Of a stretch of 51,350 bases of DNA, positions 51,279-51,350 are shown piece after piece. Each line of letters begins with the position of its first letter. Positions within the stretch are counted from its first letter, which is position 1. The notes below the pieces were generated by a model that saw nothing but the letters and a program-made list of their open reading frames with translations, had not been told where the DNA came from and made no database searches. The DNA comes from Polyangia bacterium (lineage in GTDB: Bacteria > Myxococcota_A > Polyangia > Fen-1088). Location of the stretch: positions 1-51,350 of the forward strand of contig DATBHU010000168.1 in the NCBI GenBank assembly GCA_036557265.1. Reading direction: 5' to 3'. A program made the position numbers and the translations under genes.

Positions 51279-51350
51279 TCGCGGCAGAAACAGGCGACGG
51301 GCGACGGGCGATTTCAGAGCGTGGGGGCGGGCAGGGGCGTCCCGGCGGGG

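Overview
This is a very GC-rich bacterial chromosome segment, with G/C at almost every third codon position. The gene content looks myxobacterial, which is an inference: three Hanks-type Ser/Thr kinases, an ADYC-domain protein, many lipoproteins with Gly/Pro/Ala-rich linkers, and tandem beta-propeller lipoproteins. I call about 46 protein-coding genes, one alpha/beta hydrolase interrupted by a single in-frame TAG, two simple-sequence repeats, and a few low-confidence hairpins and promoter-like sites. I found no rRNA, tRNA, CRISPR array, transposase or integrase. Many long ORFs in the track are antisense or out-of-frame shadows typical of high-GC DNA, and several real genes are shorter than their ORFs, so I trimmed the starts. 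Recognisable blocks, in order: (1) dinB with a possible SOS box, an SDR, and an ECF sigma / ADYC protein / TPR Ser/Thr kinase group. (2) An asdA-ansB-aspT-yqhA operon (asparaginase, aspartate 4-decarboxylase, Asp:Ala antiporter). (3) A translationally coupled lipoprotein / beta-barrel OMP / type-1-copper cupredoxin / receptor-like Ser/Thr kinase operon. (4) A flavin monooxygenase / LuxR / Ser/Thr kinase run. (5) A set of secreted lipoproteins: Gly-rich with a (GGC)11 tract, beta-propeller paralogues, and Ca-binding proteins. (6) The most interesting part is a self-contained exosortase cassette. Its single cargo is a polytopic VIT/vWA protein with a PEP-CTERM tail, followed by a short exosortase and an EpsI-like protein. 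It lies directly upstream of an RDD / SpoIIM-like / DUF4129-DUF4350 / MoxR / DUF58 operon. All family assignments come from motif recognition by eye, and no searches were run.
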